The notes under the pieces: model-generated | Told to the model about the DNA's origin: nothing | Seen by the model: the letters and a program-made list of their open reading frames with translations, nothing else | The model's database searches: none | Shown here: piece by piece, positions 32,108 through 54,582 of the stretch | Layout: every line of letters starts with the position of its first letter | How positions within the stretch are numbered: position 1 is the first letter of the stretch | Program-made: the position numbers and the translations under genes | Source of the DNA: the human T2T-CHM13v2.0 reference genome, Homo sapiens | DNA length: 64,000 nucleotides | NCBI RefSeq assembly: GCF_009914755.1 | Contig: NC_060926.1 | Direction: 5' to 3' (one strand)

Positions 32108-32726
32108 GACACTTCAAATATTTTACAATGTGATGTTATAAATCTATTTCCTAGAGAACACTGAGTGTATGGTCTAGCAAATAGCCTTTTTATAATTTTT
32201 CCTTAATGTACTCTTCTTTACTACAGTCTTACTTCATGGTCCTATGTAATCTGACTTCAGCACTTTCCAGGCAGAATAACTAAGTGATTAAGAACTCTAA
32301 GCCTAAAATCCAACAGATCTGGGTTAAAATCCTGGCTTTGTCAATTATTTCCTGTGTAAGCTTGAACAAATAACTGAAGTTAATTTCATCTCTCAATAAA
32401 ATGATAATAATACACTACTTGATAGGTTTGTTATGATAAAGCCAGGTAAAGTATATGAGGTGCTTAAGCACAGTGCCTGGCACAGGATATGCATGTTAAA
32501 TAGACCCTGCTTTGGACAATATTGTCCAACAACTGTCTTCCAACTCCAGGATTAAATATATACCCAATTCCACTGCCTGTAGCTTGTGTGTTGTCAAATA
32601 AAAGTTGTACATTAAATCTCAGGACCCAGTTAAAAGTCAGATGTGACAAAATCAATTTTTAAAGAAATTAATGAACACTGTTCACTAATTTGTGAAAAAA
32701 CAAACAGAAAAGAATAAGCCTTTTAC

Positions 32727-32837
32727 CATGGTCAGTACACTGATTTCTGACATCCTCTATGCTTTCTACTTTGATGGCTTCTTGGAGAAAAATGTAACAA
32801 CTGTCTTGGAACTGAATCCAAGTAGATGAAGGACAGT
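32727..32837 (-). CDS. CD302: CD302 exon 2, CTLD N-terminal part
   Basis: ctacatag|AC ... CAT G|gtaaaa; (D)[36 protein letters not shown]. Confidence 0.97.
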
Positions 32838-33669
32838 CTATGTAGAAAAAAGAAGAACACTGTTAAATAACTTGAGAAAAAGAATTACATGAATTCCCAA
32901 AGATAAGGATATTAGATACTAAATTTTCACACACACACAAAGGCAATTTCCTTTGTTAAATCTTTATTAAAATAAGAAATCAACCAGTGTAACAGGAATT
33001 TGTTTCTTTCCATTATTCATACGGGAAAAGAGAAATGTGCCAATGATTCTCTTCTGACTTTACAGAGCAAAGATACAAGTTTTTAGGTTGTTTAGGAATT
33101 CAGACATGTAAATTAGTGTTATCACCAAGGCAACAAACTATCTAGAAGACAGCCAATCAGGATTACACACTTCTCTTTGAAGGTTATCTTTGCAGTATTT
33201 AACAATTTCAAAAGTCTTAAGACTTTTACAAGGCCCTGTTGTTCAAATTATACCTCCAAGAACAGAGAAAAGAAAAACAAGTTGCTAGCCTATAAATATT
33301 CACACAAGTTTTCATATTGCACAGGAAAACAAGATTGATGTTCTTATGAATGTTCTTAATTTAACACCTCATCAAAGTAGATTATTTGAGGTAGTTCAAT
33401 GAAATAGAACCATAACTCTTCCTCTACTGCTCTAAAGGGACATCTCCTTCACCTCTATCTTAGTCTCTTTTTATTATAAAGATTTGCATTTTTAAGCCTA
33501 GGCTCTAGAATTTAATTGGTTAGTATTAAAAGCAAAAGTAACCCTGCAAGAGTTGATTTCACTGGCCAAAATGGAAAGAGAATTTTACTTAATTCCAGTG
33601 AATAAAGAAGTACAAAGCAGTAAGCGTCCATATTCTGTTAGGTTTGTATATAGGTAAAAATCTTAGTGA

Positions 33670-36003
<2,334 letters not shown>

Positions 36004-36059
36004 TTACATACTAAAATATAACTGAATTGACCTTGCTGCCAATTCTAATACCTTTCCTG

Positions 36060-39390
<3,331 letters not shown>

Positions 39391-41299
39391 CATCTTTTAT
39401 ACTTTTCAACAAGTTGTCAACAGTTGGTCACCCATCTACCCATCATCCGTATCAGACATTTGCTGAGCAACTCCTATGTGTTAGGTATAATGCTTAGTGT
39501 TAAGGGGTGATGAGAAAAAGAGTAAAAGTCTTCTACACTTGAAGTGGTCAGTCTGATGGAAGAGTCGGACAGACAAACAGATATTCCGAAGGTAGGATAG
39601 GTAAAATGCTATGAGATGTAGGAGAAGGAGAGTATAACTTTGTAGAATAAGTGAGCATTTCAAAAAGTAGGCAATATTTAAGCTACAGCTCACTGGATAA
39701 ATAGGAAGTTGCCACGGATAAAAAGAAAAAGAAAAAAAAAATCCAGGCAGAGGGCATATGATAAAAAGCACAGTTACAGGTACCTAGTAAGGTCTCCATA
39801 AATATTCATTGAATGAGTGAACTAGGATAAAAAGGCAGGTTTCTTCCCTCCTTCCCCTCTCTGCTGCCAGAGACATGACAGAGGACACAGAAGTCATTTC
39901 CAGAATAAAACTCAAACTGAAAGTCAAAAGGGCAGAGGCTCTAAATTGCAAATTTTGATTATTCTTTCTCTTCTTTTTTCCCTTTTTACTTTCTTCTGGT
40001 TCCTTTTATTGCTCTTTTTCTTTTACCTTATGGAATTTTAAAAAAGTGAAATGGAACTGCATTACCACACTGAATGACACCTGAAACACTTTTATAAATC
40101 ATTGGCAATTATTGAACCACAGGTTCAGAAATGCACTTTTGTATTATTTCTAGTCAAAACTACAGATAGTGTTTTCTACTTATAACAAATAACTCGACAA
40201 TATATAAAAATGAATTAATTTTTGAAACACCATTTATATAAAATAAAATGTCTAATAAGTCCACAAAAATATAATCAACACTCAAGTCAAGCACTTATAG
40301 TTCTTTTTTTCATCTTTTGCTCCTGGCATGCTGTGAAAACATGTAGTTCTTATACTTTATAAATTAAAACGATCTGAAGATATGATCTCTAAAACACTGA
40401 TTAAGGTATATTCTTATTTCAGTGGCAGCTCATGTGTCAATTCTCCATGAAGTGTCTCAGCCTTATCTTCCTCTAACCTGTGACTCCTTTGAACATCTGT
40501 AGGACTTTTAAACTGCATTATGCATGAGAGACCTTTTCTGGCAACAAGGACTAAAGACATGCTCAGGCTACCAGATGATAGATTTATTGTACAGATACAT
40601 GGCCAATAAGAAAACTGAGGATACTATCTCAACAGTCAAATAGGCTTAGCGTTCATATACTAGGCCCCATATTGGGCTGATGCCTAGCCTAGAGTAGCCA
40701 GCTTTTGACTAAGGAAATTATCCTTATTCCAATTAGTTGTGTCTAGGGTTTTAAAAATAATATGGCACAAATCATAAGAACTATGGGTAGTCATTCTTCT
40801 TTGGAAAAGGAAATGTGTTACCCTCTGATGGCCTATACATGTTTACATTGCACTCATTAGATCCTTCTTTATATAGCGGCTATCTGATATGCATCCTGTT
40901 TTCCCAAATGATTGTTAACGCCACGACAGCAGAGACCATGTCTGAGATCTAACTACTCTCAATAATAACTATCCTTCTGTCTTGAACATAACACTGGAAG
41001 GGATGCATAGAAGTGGGTCAATACAGGACTCTGGTTAAGCCCATTAGACTGTGGAGAAAAGTCTGGCTCTGACTACACAATCGTGGACATGTTATTTAAC
41101 CTTACTGTGTCCCAGTTTCCTCATCTGTATAATGGGAATAACAGTACCTATCTGAGGGGGTGCTGTTAAAAAATTGTGCAAGGTGCTTGAGATTCCACAG
41201 TGAACAAAAAGGAAAAGAAATTCCTGCCCTCCTGGAAATTTATGTTCTAGTTGACGCAGTTATGCAAAAGGAAGACAAATACATAAAATAATATGTTAG

Positions 41300-41772
41300 A
41301 TGGTGTATTGTGGTCTATTGCTATGTAAAAAATTAGCAGCTTAAAACAAGAAACACTTATTATATACAGTTTCTCTGGGTCAGGAATTCTGAAGCAGTTG
41401 CTTGTCTGGGTGATTCTGGCTTGGGGTCTCCATGAAGTTACAGTGAAGATGCTGGCTAGGGCTGCAGCCATCTAAACACTGAACTGGAGCTGAAAGGTCA
41501 GCTTCAAGAAGCCTCACTCATATGGGTGGTGAGCTGGTGCTGGCTGTGGGCAGGACACCACAGTTCCTCACCACGTGGACTTCTACACAGGGGTGCTTGA
41601 GGGTCCTTATGACATGGCAGGTAGCTTCTCCCAGAGTGAGTGATTCAAAGGAGGGCAAAGGTGGATATGCAATGCTTCATACAATCCAGCCTTGATTGTC
41701 ACACTGTCTTATTTCCATACTATCTTATTGGTTATTGTATTAGTCAGGGTTCTCCAGAGAAACAGAGAACCA

Positions 41773-41805
<33 letters not shown>
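41300..41805. mobile_element. MLT1-type MaLR LTR followed by the start of an MLT2-like LTR with (TG)n at 41777-41805
   Basis: gcttaaaacaa...acagtttctctgggtcaggaatt (MLT1); tgtattagtcagggttctccagagaaacaga (MLT2). Confidence 0.75.
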
Positions 41806-41961
41806 CTGAAAAGATAGGGAAAGAAGTCACATGGATATTTCAGGCAAACAGAGGGAGGAGCAAACACAATGCTACTGTGTTGCACAGTATGGGAATGACT
41901 ATGATGATGATAATGATAACCAGCTACTCAAAGACCATTGCTGAATAACTAAGTTAGCAAT

Positions 41962-42060
41962 ACAGAAATGGTCCCGAACTTAATAATGGACAACTTACGA
42001 TTTTTTGACTTCACAAGTTTATTGGGATATAGCCCCATTCTAAGTCGAGGAGCATCTGCA
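41962..42060. mobile_element. Tigger5/MER47-like short MITE
   Basis: cagaaatggtcccgaactta ... taagtcgaggagcatctg imperfect TIRs. Confidence 0.6.
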
Positions 42061-43316
42061 TGTGACAAGACCAAAAAAAAATTTTTTTTTAACAGGGTAT
42101 GTATAGAAAAATAGAAAACAGACTGTTGACTCACTTCCCCAAAACTTTCAACTGCCTTCTCCTTAGGCTCATTTCAGCATTAGCAGTAACTCCAGTTAAT
42201 TCAACATGGAACCCCTTTTCTCATGCTATAGATCCCCGATCAGAGTGTGTGCCCCAGAAACAAGTTTTAAGCACTACTCAAAAGATATATTTTTACTTTG
42301 AGAAGAACAGTGCTCAAATAGAGGCTGGATAACTCCTGTGAGGAGATTGTTGACGTTCATGCACCTCATGAACAAAAGACTAAACTAAGTCGTCTTCAAC
42401 GCTAAGTATCTTTGCCATAATCCTAATATAATTAAAAACCTGCCCACTAAGCTCTCTGCAAAGGGCCTATTACTCTTATTTCTTCACAGCAGTCCTGAAT
42501 GATAGGTTGTTATTAATAATGCACTTAAATGACTCTTAGGGATTTTATAATTTTATAATTCTTTAATACGTACAGAAATTCAGGAGCCTCATGAATATTT
42601 TAAAAGCTGTACTTAGCATAACTCCAAAAGTTTCTATATAGATCCTCTGCCTAAAATTATCATGTGCTAAAAGAAGATAATGTCATATCCACAGGAATAC
42701 TTTGCATTACCAGTCAAATCTAATAGAACTCTCTGTTCCTTTATAAGTTCTCTGTCTCTCTTTTTTTTAAAAAAAGAAAAAAAAAACAGGCACAGCATGA
42801 GGAAGTGATTCTTGGGACATACTTGTTCTAAATGTTAACAAAGGAAAAGGGAAAGACTTCTTTTTCATTTTCATTGTCAATAATAAGACCTTTGCTCCTC
42901 TCCCATTAAGATATGAGTTGTAGTCACATAACTTCCGCAAGGGCAACTGTGGCACAGACAGATGAAGAAGAGGGGCTATTTATTACATTTATAATGTATG
43001 GAGGAGGGAGTGGCTGTTCCAAGTCCCTGACTAATCCAGAGATTCTGTGGCTGTACTCTGAGCTTCAAGATCTCTCTGAATCCCAAATAAATTGAGGCAC
43101 TCTGACACCTCATCCCCTCTCCATATCACTCTTCCCAATCTAGCTTTCAAGACATCCATCTCCATATTGTCCCATCACTTCCCTCTTCAGAAGGGCTGTT
43201 ATAATGTATATTCATAGAAGGGGTGTGCCATTGTTAATCTGTACCTTTCTCTTTGGGCATCACTGGTCTATTTTTTAAAGATTTGGTCTCAAGATTTGCT
43301 CTCAAAATCTAAAATA

Positions 43317-44703
<1,387 letters not shown>

Positions 44704-47019
44704 TTAAATAACTCACCTAAATTTTTTCATCCTTTTATTATAACTTAGAATAAAGTGCAGAGACACAAATCAAAACAAAACAAAAATCCACAAGATGGTA
44801 AAATCTCTGTTATGGAGCTTCTTTCCCCTGGTAAGAGAAGCAACAAGCAAGACAGATGAATAAACACAATGCATTCAGAAAGGCTTGGAAAAGATAAAAC
44901 ATGGACATGTGACAGAGAATGTGGGTGTTCAGGGAGGCTTCGGAGAAGGTGACATATGAACAGAGATCTGAATGGTGGAGGTGGGGGCAGCCATGCCAAG
45001 GACTGGGGGAAGGTGGTGTGCACAGAAGGACCAGAGGTGTTGGAGTACCCAGATACTGTTTACTCTGTGGATACACAGAGTGAATGGCAGGAAGGGTGGT
45101 AAGAGATGACATCAGGGAAGAAGGCAGAGGCACCTCATCTAAGGCTTGTAGGACATGGCAATTCAAAATCCCTAGATTCTGATCCACATGATGATCACAG
45201 AATGAGGACTTACTCGGAACATGCTTGTTCACTCAGCTCATGCCAGGCATAGGAAACCACTGACCAAATAAATACATACTGATCATCTATTATGTGCTTA
45301 AGCACCCTTACGGAAAAACTTTTTAAAGCGATGCCATGGATTTTCACTCAGGAATTTAAAGAATGTTTTGTCCACTGTGATTTTCAAAATAATAGCTAAG
45401 AACAAGGTTAAGATCACTTCACTAATAACCTCCAGAATGACAGACAATAACAATGATTTCCGTTTCAACATCACATTTATATGCAATACCCATATTTATT
45501 ATGCAACATCATAAGAGCTTTTCTATTAAGATCTTGGTATTCAGCAACAAACTCTTTCTTGACTTAGTTCTAAGCCAAATATGACCCCTGATCTTGCTTG
45601 GATGGGAGATTTGTAAAGTATTATGAAAAACACACTTAGTTTTTCAGCCCTATAACATTAGCATACATATGAATGTGTTCAGTAACCATAAACATCCAAT
45701 ATACATAAGGTGGTATTCATACGTTTTCTGGTTGCAACAATTACCCTTCATTTTGTATGAAGAGAATAAAGGGAAGGAAACCAAGATGAACCACGCCTGT
45801 AATAGGGACTAGACGTGGAGTTCCCACTTAATGCTCCCAATAGCCCCATGAGTAAGTATTATCTCTGTTTTACTGAAGTGCAGATAAGTTGGTTAACTAG
45901 CTAGGTCAAAGCTCACACTCATTTCCAAATTAATCCTTAAAGCTTCCTGACTGGGAGGAGCTGATTAATTAACATTAATTTATTCATCATGCACTTTTCT
46001 AAAGCTCTTGAAAAGCCTATTGATCCACACTGGACTTATCAAAGGAAATGCACAAAAATTTCCAAAGGGAAATTTGCCCTCTATTGCTGGTCAAAACAGC
46101 TTCACTGAAGAAGAGACATACCAAAATCTAGAAACTGATTTTCTTTAAAAGTCTGACAAGAAAGAAAAATCTGACAAGAAAATTCGACTAGCCTAAAGTA
46201 CAAATGCACAGCCTCGCAGAGGGTGGTTTACATGAGAGTTGAGATGTTACTGGCTCGCAAAATGAGGGTGTGCAGAAGGAGGGTTCAGAGACAGCCCAGC
46301 TTTGTCTTAGACAAAATTAATGTTCCCAGTCTGAACAATGTGAACATGGGCACATCTTGTTTCTGCCCCTTTGATAGGCAGCAGATGTCACAACCAGTCA
46401 TAAATGCAGGTCCACAGAAGTTTTCAAGAAAGGAACCTTGGGTTTGTATCCAAGTTCTGAGCTGCTGCTGCCTCCAACACTGAGGTCCACTGAAATATTC
46501 CTGTCAGTAGACTTCGAGCAGGCAGTTATTATAAAAACGCAGTGAAATTTGGGGCAAGGGGTGGGGGGGGGGGGAATCTCTTGCATTTTATTTAAATCTC
46601 TTGCACTTTATTTAAGCCCACACAAGTACTCATTTAGTTCTTGTTTATTTTGCTCTTTAATTCCTGGAATTATTCAGTCAGTGGTGTTTTTGGAAGTCTG
46701 TGTTCTCCAGAGTCTCCCCATCCACATATTTTTGACATGCTTGTATGGAAATTTTTTAAAAATAAAGACCACGGTCAATAGAATTGTGCATTTTCCTCAC
46801 GAGTCGTTTTGTAAATGAATGATCACGTGTGTGATTTTTCAGATGTCACTTGCACAACAGCAGACTAGAACTTTAAAACTCCTTGATTTCAGTGAAATCC
46901 AAGCTTTGCCTATTCCCGTTCCTCTTCCATCCAGGGGTTATTTGGCTGAACTGTTTTCCTGTTTAAACAACTTGAACACCAACCAACTAGACAAACAGCG
47001 CTGCTTGCAAAAGAGGGCC

Positions 47020-47730
47020 TACTTCCTCCGGCCCCCACCCCCATCCCAGCAACCCCACTCCGGCCGCGCACCAGCAGGGGAAATCGCCACCAACGTCCCC
47101 GCTTCTCATTTCAGCCCGAAATTGCCCTGAAACGGCGCCCGTCGTGCGACTCCAAGTCCCTCAGTTCTCCGGCCAACTGGCCTAATTTGGGGGTTCCCTC
47201 CCCGCGGAGTGGGGTCTGCGGTGAGGATGTGGACTCCGAGGAAGACAGAGCCCTCCCTTATTCTCGGCCACCTCCCCTCCCCGAGGGCAGGCGGGTGAGA
47301 GGTGACCCGGAGCCAGGACCCACGGGGGACGGGCGTGCAGGGAAGGGCGGGATGTCCGGCCGGGTGTTGCGTCTGCGGGCCGCCCTCGGGTGCGCGGGGA
47401 CGAAGAGCGTGCGTTGGGAAGGGGGCGAAGGCGGTCGCGCACGGTCCCGGCGAGGGACTACGTAAGGGCTTACCCGCGACGGCAGCAGCGGCGAGGCCCA
47501 GCAACGGCAGCAGGAGCGCGGGCAGCGCGGCCCGGAGCATGACGGCGGGTGCGGGTGGGCGGCAGCGGCTGCGCGGCCGGAGAGGAGCGGGGCGGGGCGG
47601 GAGCGGGGGCGGTGCTTCTCGCGTGCGAGTTTAATCCCCCCCCCGGGCGGAACGTGAACGGCACTGGGGGCTCCCACCAGGAGAACCCGGGTGTCCCGTC
47701 CCGCAGGAGCGGCTGGCGCGCGGCCTTCTG
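47020..47730. promoter_or_regulatory. CpG island and CD302 promoter with GC boxes
   Basis: The only CpG-dense stretch in the window; tandem GGGGCGGGGCGGG Sp/KLF boxes at about 47589-47612, just upstream of the ATG. Confidence 0.9.
47474..47540 (-). CDS. CD302: CD302 exon 1, signal peptide
   Basis: gccgtcATG start; MLRAALPALLLPLLGLAAAAVA then G|gtaagc; the six exons sum to 699 nt, i.e. 232 aa plus stop. Confidence 0.97.
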
Positions 47731-47744
47731 GAACTTCTAATTTT

Positions 47745-48270
47745 TGTTTTTTAAACTTTTCATTTGAATTGAAATAATTTAGGACTTTCGAAAATGTTGC
47801 AAAAACAGCACAAGAGATTTCCGTAACCCTTCAGCCAGCTTCTCTAAATATTGACATTGTATATAACGCCAGTGCAGTGATCAAACACAGGGCACTCGCA
47901 CTGGGATAATGCGATTAGCTAATCTACAGCACTTACCACATTTCATTAATTGCCCCTCTAAGGGTCCTTTTCTGTTCCAAGATTCAATCCAGGATCATAC
48001 ATTGCATGTCGTGTCTCCTTAGTCTCCCTTTAATCTAGGACGGTTCTCTGTCATTCTTTTTCTTTCACGATCAAACCACATTTAAAAAGTACTGGCCAGT
48101 CGTTTTGTAGAATGTCCCTCAGTTTCATTTTGTCTGACATTTCCTTCTAATTGGATTCAGGTTGCGCTTTTTTGGGAAAGAGTTCCCCAGAAGTGATGTA
48201 CGTGCTCGAGAAGGACAAGATGTCGATGTCTCATCACTGATGTTAACTTGGATCAGTTGGTTAAGGTGGC
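47745..48270 (-). mobile_element. L1MC-like 3'-end fragment
   Basis: ttgaaataattt...gttgcaaaaa...caggatcatacattgca...ttttgtagaatgtccctca. Confidence 0.6.
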
Positions 48271-48519
48271 GTTTGCCAGCCTTCTTCTTTGGATCTACTG
48301 GCCAGAATCCTCCTTTTCAAAGACCCCTTTCAGTGGACTATGTCTCTTAGACAACTTTTCTCTGTTACCAGCTCCTGGATGAAGAGTCTTTAAGCTATGT
48401 TTGCTACAATGTATGCATAAGCTGTGCAATTATACTTCACCCATGAGGGCCTCTGGACAACACTAGCCAGGGTCAAGCAAGGGTGCTTGTTTAAGCCTCA
48501 TGTCATTGGCAAAAGAGTT

Positions 48520-49580
48520 CTATAAAATCAAGTCTAAACTCAACAACGTGAAAACAAATGACCCAGTTAAAAAAAATGGTCAGATGATCTGAATACACAC
48601 GTCATCAAAGAAGTTATATAATGGCAAATAGATGAAAAGATGCTCAACATCATATGTCATTGCTGAATTGTATATGAAAACAAAAATGAAATACCACTAC
48701 ATACCTATTAGATACCAGAATCCAAAAACACTGACAAGACCACATGCTGGCAAAGATGTGGAGCAAAAAGAACTCTCATTCAATGCTGGTGCAAATGCAA
48801 AATGGTACAGCCACTTTGGAAGACAATTTGGAAGCTTCTTCCAAAACTAAACGTACTCTTACCATACCATCTAGCAATCACAACTCCTTGGTATTTATCC
48901 AAATGAGTTAAAAACTTACATACACACAAAAACCTGCACATGAATGTGGATAGCAGCTTTATTCATAATTGCCAGAACCTAGAGGCAAACAAGATGTCCT
49001 TCAATAAGTGAATGGATAAACAATGGCACATCCAAACAATGAAATGTTACTCAGTACCAAAATTAAATGAGCTATCAAGCCACAAAAAGACATGGAAGAA
49101 CTTTAAATATGTATTGCTAAGAGAAAGAAGCCAATCTGAAAAGACTGCATACTATATGATTCCAACTATATGACATTTTAGACAAGGCAAAACTATGGAG
49201 ACAGTAAAAAGATAAATGGTTGCCAGGGGTTGGGGTGGGAAGAAGGAGGGGATGAATAGATGGAACACAGAGGATTTTTAGAGCCATGAAATTATTCTGT
49301 AGGATACTGTAATGGTAGATGTGTATCACTATACATGTGTCAAAACCCATAGAATGCACAAAACGAAGATGAACCCTAGTGTGGACAATGGACTTTAGTT
49401 AATAATGTGTCAATATTGGCTCATCCACTGTAACAAATGTACCTGCTAATGCAAGATGTTAATAATTGGGGAAACTGGGGTATGTGTAAGGAGGTACATG
49501 GGAGCTCTGTACCTTCTGCTACATTTTTTGTATACATCTAAAACTGCTCAAAAATTAGTCTATTTTTAAAAAAATAAAAT
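48520..49580 (+). mobile_element. L1MC-like 3' fragment
   Basis: aaaagatgctcaacatca, aaatggtacagccactttgga, ccaactatatgacattt; A-rich end. Confidence 0.85.
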
Positions 49581-50576
49581 CTGACCCTTTCCAACTCTTT
49601 CTAACCCTTTCCACACTTCTGATAATCCAGAGTGGTTACACCAAGGAAATTTGACCCAAGGGGTCTATAAGGAGAGTCATAGAGTGTTAGAAGTGGTAGG
49701 GGTCATCTTCATTTACTAGTAAGGAAATTGAGTGACCCAAAGAAGGGATGTGATTCCCCCGTGGGCTCACAGAGAATGCCAACAAATGAACCAGAGCCCA
49801 GCTCCTCTGCTGGACTCTCCCACCTATTCCAGGTTCTGCCCCTTTGCCAAAGTATTAAGGTCTTGCTTAACTTATTTACTTCCATTTTTCTTCTCAGGCT
49901 GCCAATACTGAGTTTATTATATACCAAACTCCAGACCAGAGCAAATCCTTCCAAAGATACTCTATATTGGAATATTGACACATCTTGATTCTGGACCCTT
50001 TTGCCCTCCTAACTACAGAAGTAAAATGAACAGTTCTAAGCAATCATGTAATTGTGAAAGTTATCTCTTCCACCCCCACCTCAGGCACCAAAGTATATTT
50101 TATCAATGTGGTTTTGTGTTAAGCTACTTTTCAAATATTTTTATATTTACAATAGAATTGACATCCTAATGAATCAATCTAATTAAGGCAAAACCCATTT
50201 TAACACTGTCATTTTAAGTCATTTGTACTAAAGAAAATTATATTATTTTATTGTTAACTCTGGTGCACACTGCCTCATTTTTGATGCTAATCTGATGAAA
50301 TAGACTACTTATTGCCTGTATGTGGGTACTGTTATATTTCGCTCTCCAATTTACTCTCCAGTTACACCTCATACCCTTAATTTTCCTTCACTCTGTCTCC
50401 AACTTACATCCTCTTTTGGCTCATGCCAGACTTCAGTCCCTTGCCTGCATTTTTCTCAGCCTTTTATTTCTCCCTTCTCCACCCAGCCGAAATACCACAT
50501 CCTCTGTCCCCTTGTTCCCCTGGTGTGCTCACCTGGCCAACTCGGAATCTGTGGTCTCCGCTTTCTTCTTCATGCT

Positions 50577-52563
<1,987 letters not shown>

Positions 52564-52738
52564 TATTTATTCTCTAAAAAATGCACACAAAATCTCTTAG
52601 CAAATGCCTCGCTTTACAATAGGTGGTCAATTTATTTCTTGTACTATATGCCTAACATAAAAAACCCAATCTAGAGATTTTTTTTTTCAAGAAGGATCAA
52701 CTCCAGCACTTTTACTTTTACTTAAAAGATAAAACAAC

Positions 52739-52744
52739 TTTATT
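52739..52744 (-). terminator. LY75 poly(A) signal
   Basis: TTTATT on +, about 1.66 kb past the stop, where AT-rich UTR gives way to repeat-rich intergenic DNA. Confidence 0.7.
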
Positions 52745-53543
52745 ATGACATCACCATTATATACAGCTGTGCTTTTCACATCAAGTTGGCTTAGTTCTTG
52801 GAGGAAAGTCTTAGTGACTAAAATTGTACACAGATCACAAGACAAGAGAACTAGTCTAACAAATTCAATAAGAAATCAGGACAACTGTAGACTATATAAA
52901 AACTGTCTTAGAAAATTATTTACAACTTTATCATAGTGTAAATACTCTAAATGTAAAATAAATCTATGGATTTTATACAAAAATACTCTAAAGTACAAAT
53001 GTAAGTTAAATGCTGAATAAAACATTTTCACCTTTTCCAGTGGATGCTATTACTAAGACTATAATCTAGGTGTCAAAACTTAAAGTGATAACCACAAAGC
53101 AATGTTTTCTTAATCACTCATAATTTTACATTTGTTAGTAGTCATCACAAGGTTTAGAGTTCCACTGAAAAAGTCTCATTTTTACAAATGCAACTCATAC
53201 ACTTTCCTTCATGGACCCTTTCTCTGTTTAACACATGTTAAAAAAGTAAAACAAAATTCTTAGTCAAAAGTTGACATGCTATGTGAAGCATATAAATTGT
53301 AAAATTATCAGTCTTAAATACCTAGTTGATTCTCTTTACAAAAGAAACAGTCATGTAATACATCAGAAAATGCAAAGCACACTGCTACAAGGTACCTACT
53401 CAATCTAAAAATAATGTTCCCACACTTGGGAAAATGTTAAGCACTAAATCTTTAAAAGTCATTGTTTTATAAACAATTATAAACAGAAAAAAACTCTTCA
53501 TATTTACATAATAATGGTATGAAATAACTTTGGAATAATATAA

Positions 53544-53893
<350 letters not shown>

Positions 53894-54403
53894 AAGTAAG
53901 CATGTCTTATTGTTTATTTTTCCCCAGTGCTAAAAATGACTATTTTGAAACAATGCTGATAGAGTTTACAGTTCAATTTTTACTTTGAGGTACTAATTTT
54001 GCATTTGGCCGGATGCTCTTAAAAATTAAAAAGTAGACATGTCACCTAGTAATATGCCTATTTTAATTTTCTAAGAAGTTTTGTTAAAAATTCTATTAAA
54101 ATATACATATCCTAGTTACCAATCACATTCATACAGAGAAAATGAACATTAAACATATTACTGTACAAACAATTTGGACTTCAGTTCCAGCTTTGGAGTC
54201 CCCTCCATTCTATTAATTAGGGTGATAAACATGGCATTTAGCAGGGAATTAACTGTGGATACCAGCACATGCCTAAGATCTAAACAACTGAAAAAGTATT
54301 TAAGAGTTCTACTTTGGAGCAGAGTAAATACTGACACTGGGACATTTTAAGTGACTAATTTCTCATAACACATTAGTGCAAATTAGAAAACTTTTAGAAG
54401 AAT

Positions 54404-54582
54404 TTAGTCATGGAAAGAAGGAAGCATAATCTCATCTTCATTCACTCCTTGTGCATATCGAACTGATGAGAAACCCGCCAGGTGCAAACGGTGCCTTTGG
54501 AAGAGGAACCAAATCAGTCCGCCCATGAGAACTAAGATACTTAGTGTGGCAACTATGATAGCTATTGCTGTGTAATCAGGGC
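54404..54582 (-). CDS. LY75: LY75 (DEC-205) terminal exon, TM and cytoplasmic tail
   Basis: ttttcctgttccag|GC; (G)PDYTAIAIIVATLSILVLMGGLIWFLFQRHRLHLAGFSSVRYAQGVNEDEIMLPSFHD then TAA; contains the FSSVRY and EDE endocytic motifs. Confidence 0.97.

Noticed and set aside
42795-42940. GAGGAAGTG and ACTTCCGC ETS/PU.1-like sites in CD302 intron 1
   Set aside because: Short motifs expected by chance in 64 kb; an enhancer cannot be called from sequence alone.
46551-46573. G-run (GGGGCAAGGGGTG12) as a G-quadruplex
   Set aside because: Plausible in vitro, but such runs are common near CpG islands and nothing here indicates function.
47106-47540. 144-aa ORF and overlapping GC-rich ORFs at 47.1-47.7 kb
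   Set aside because: CD302 exon 1 read through into intron 1; long ORFs are expected in stop-poor CpG-island sequence.
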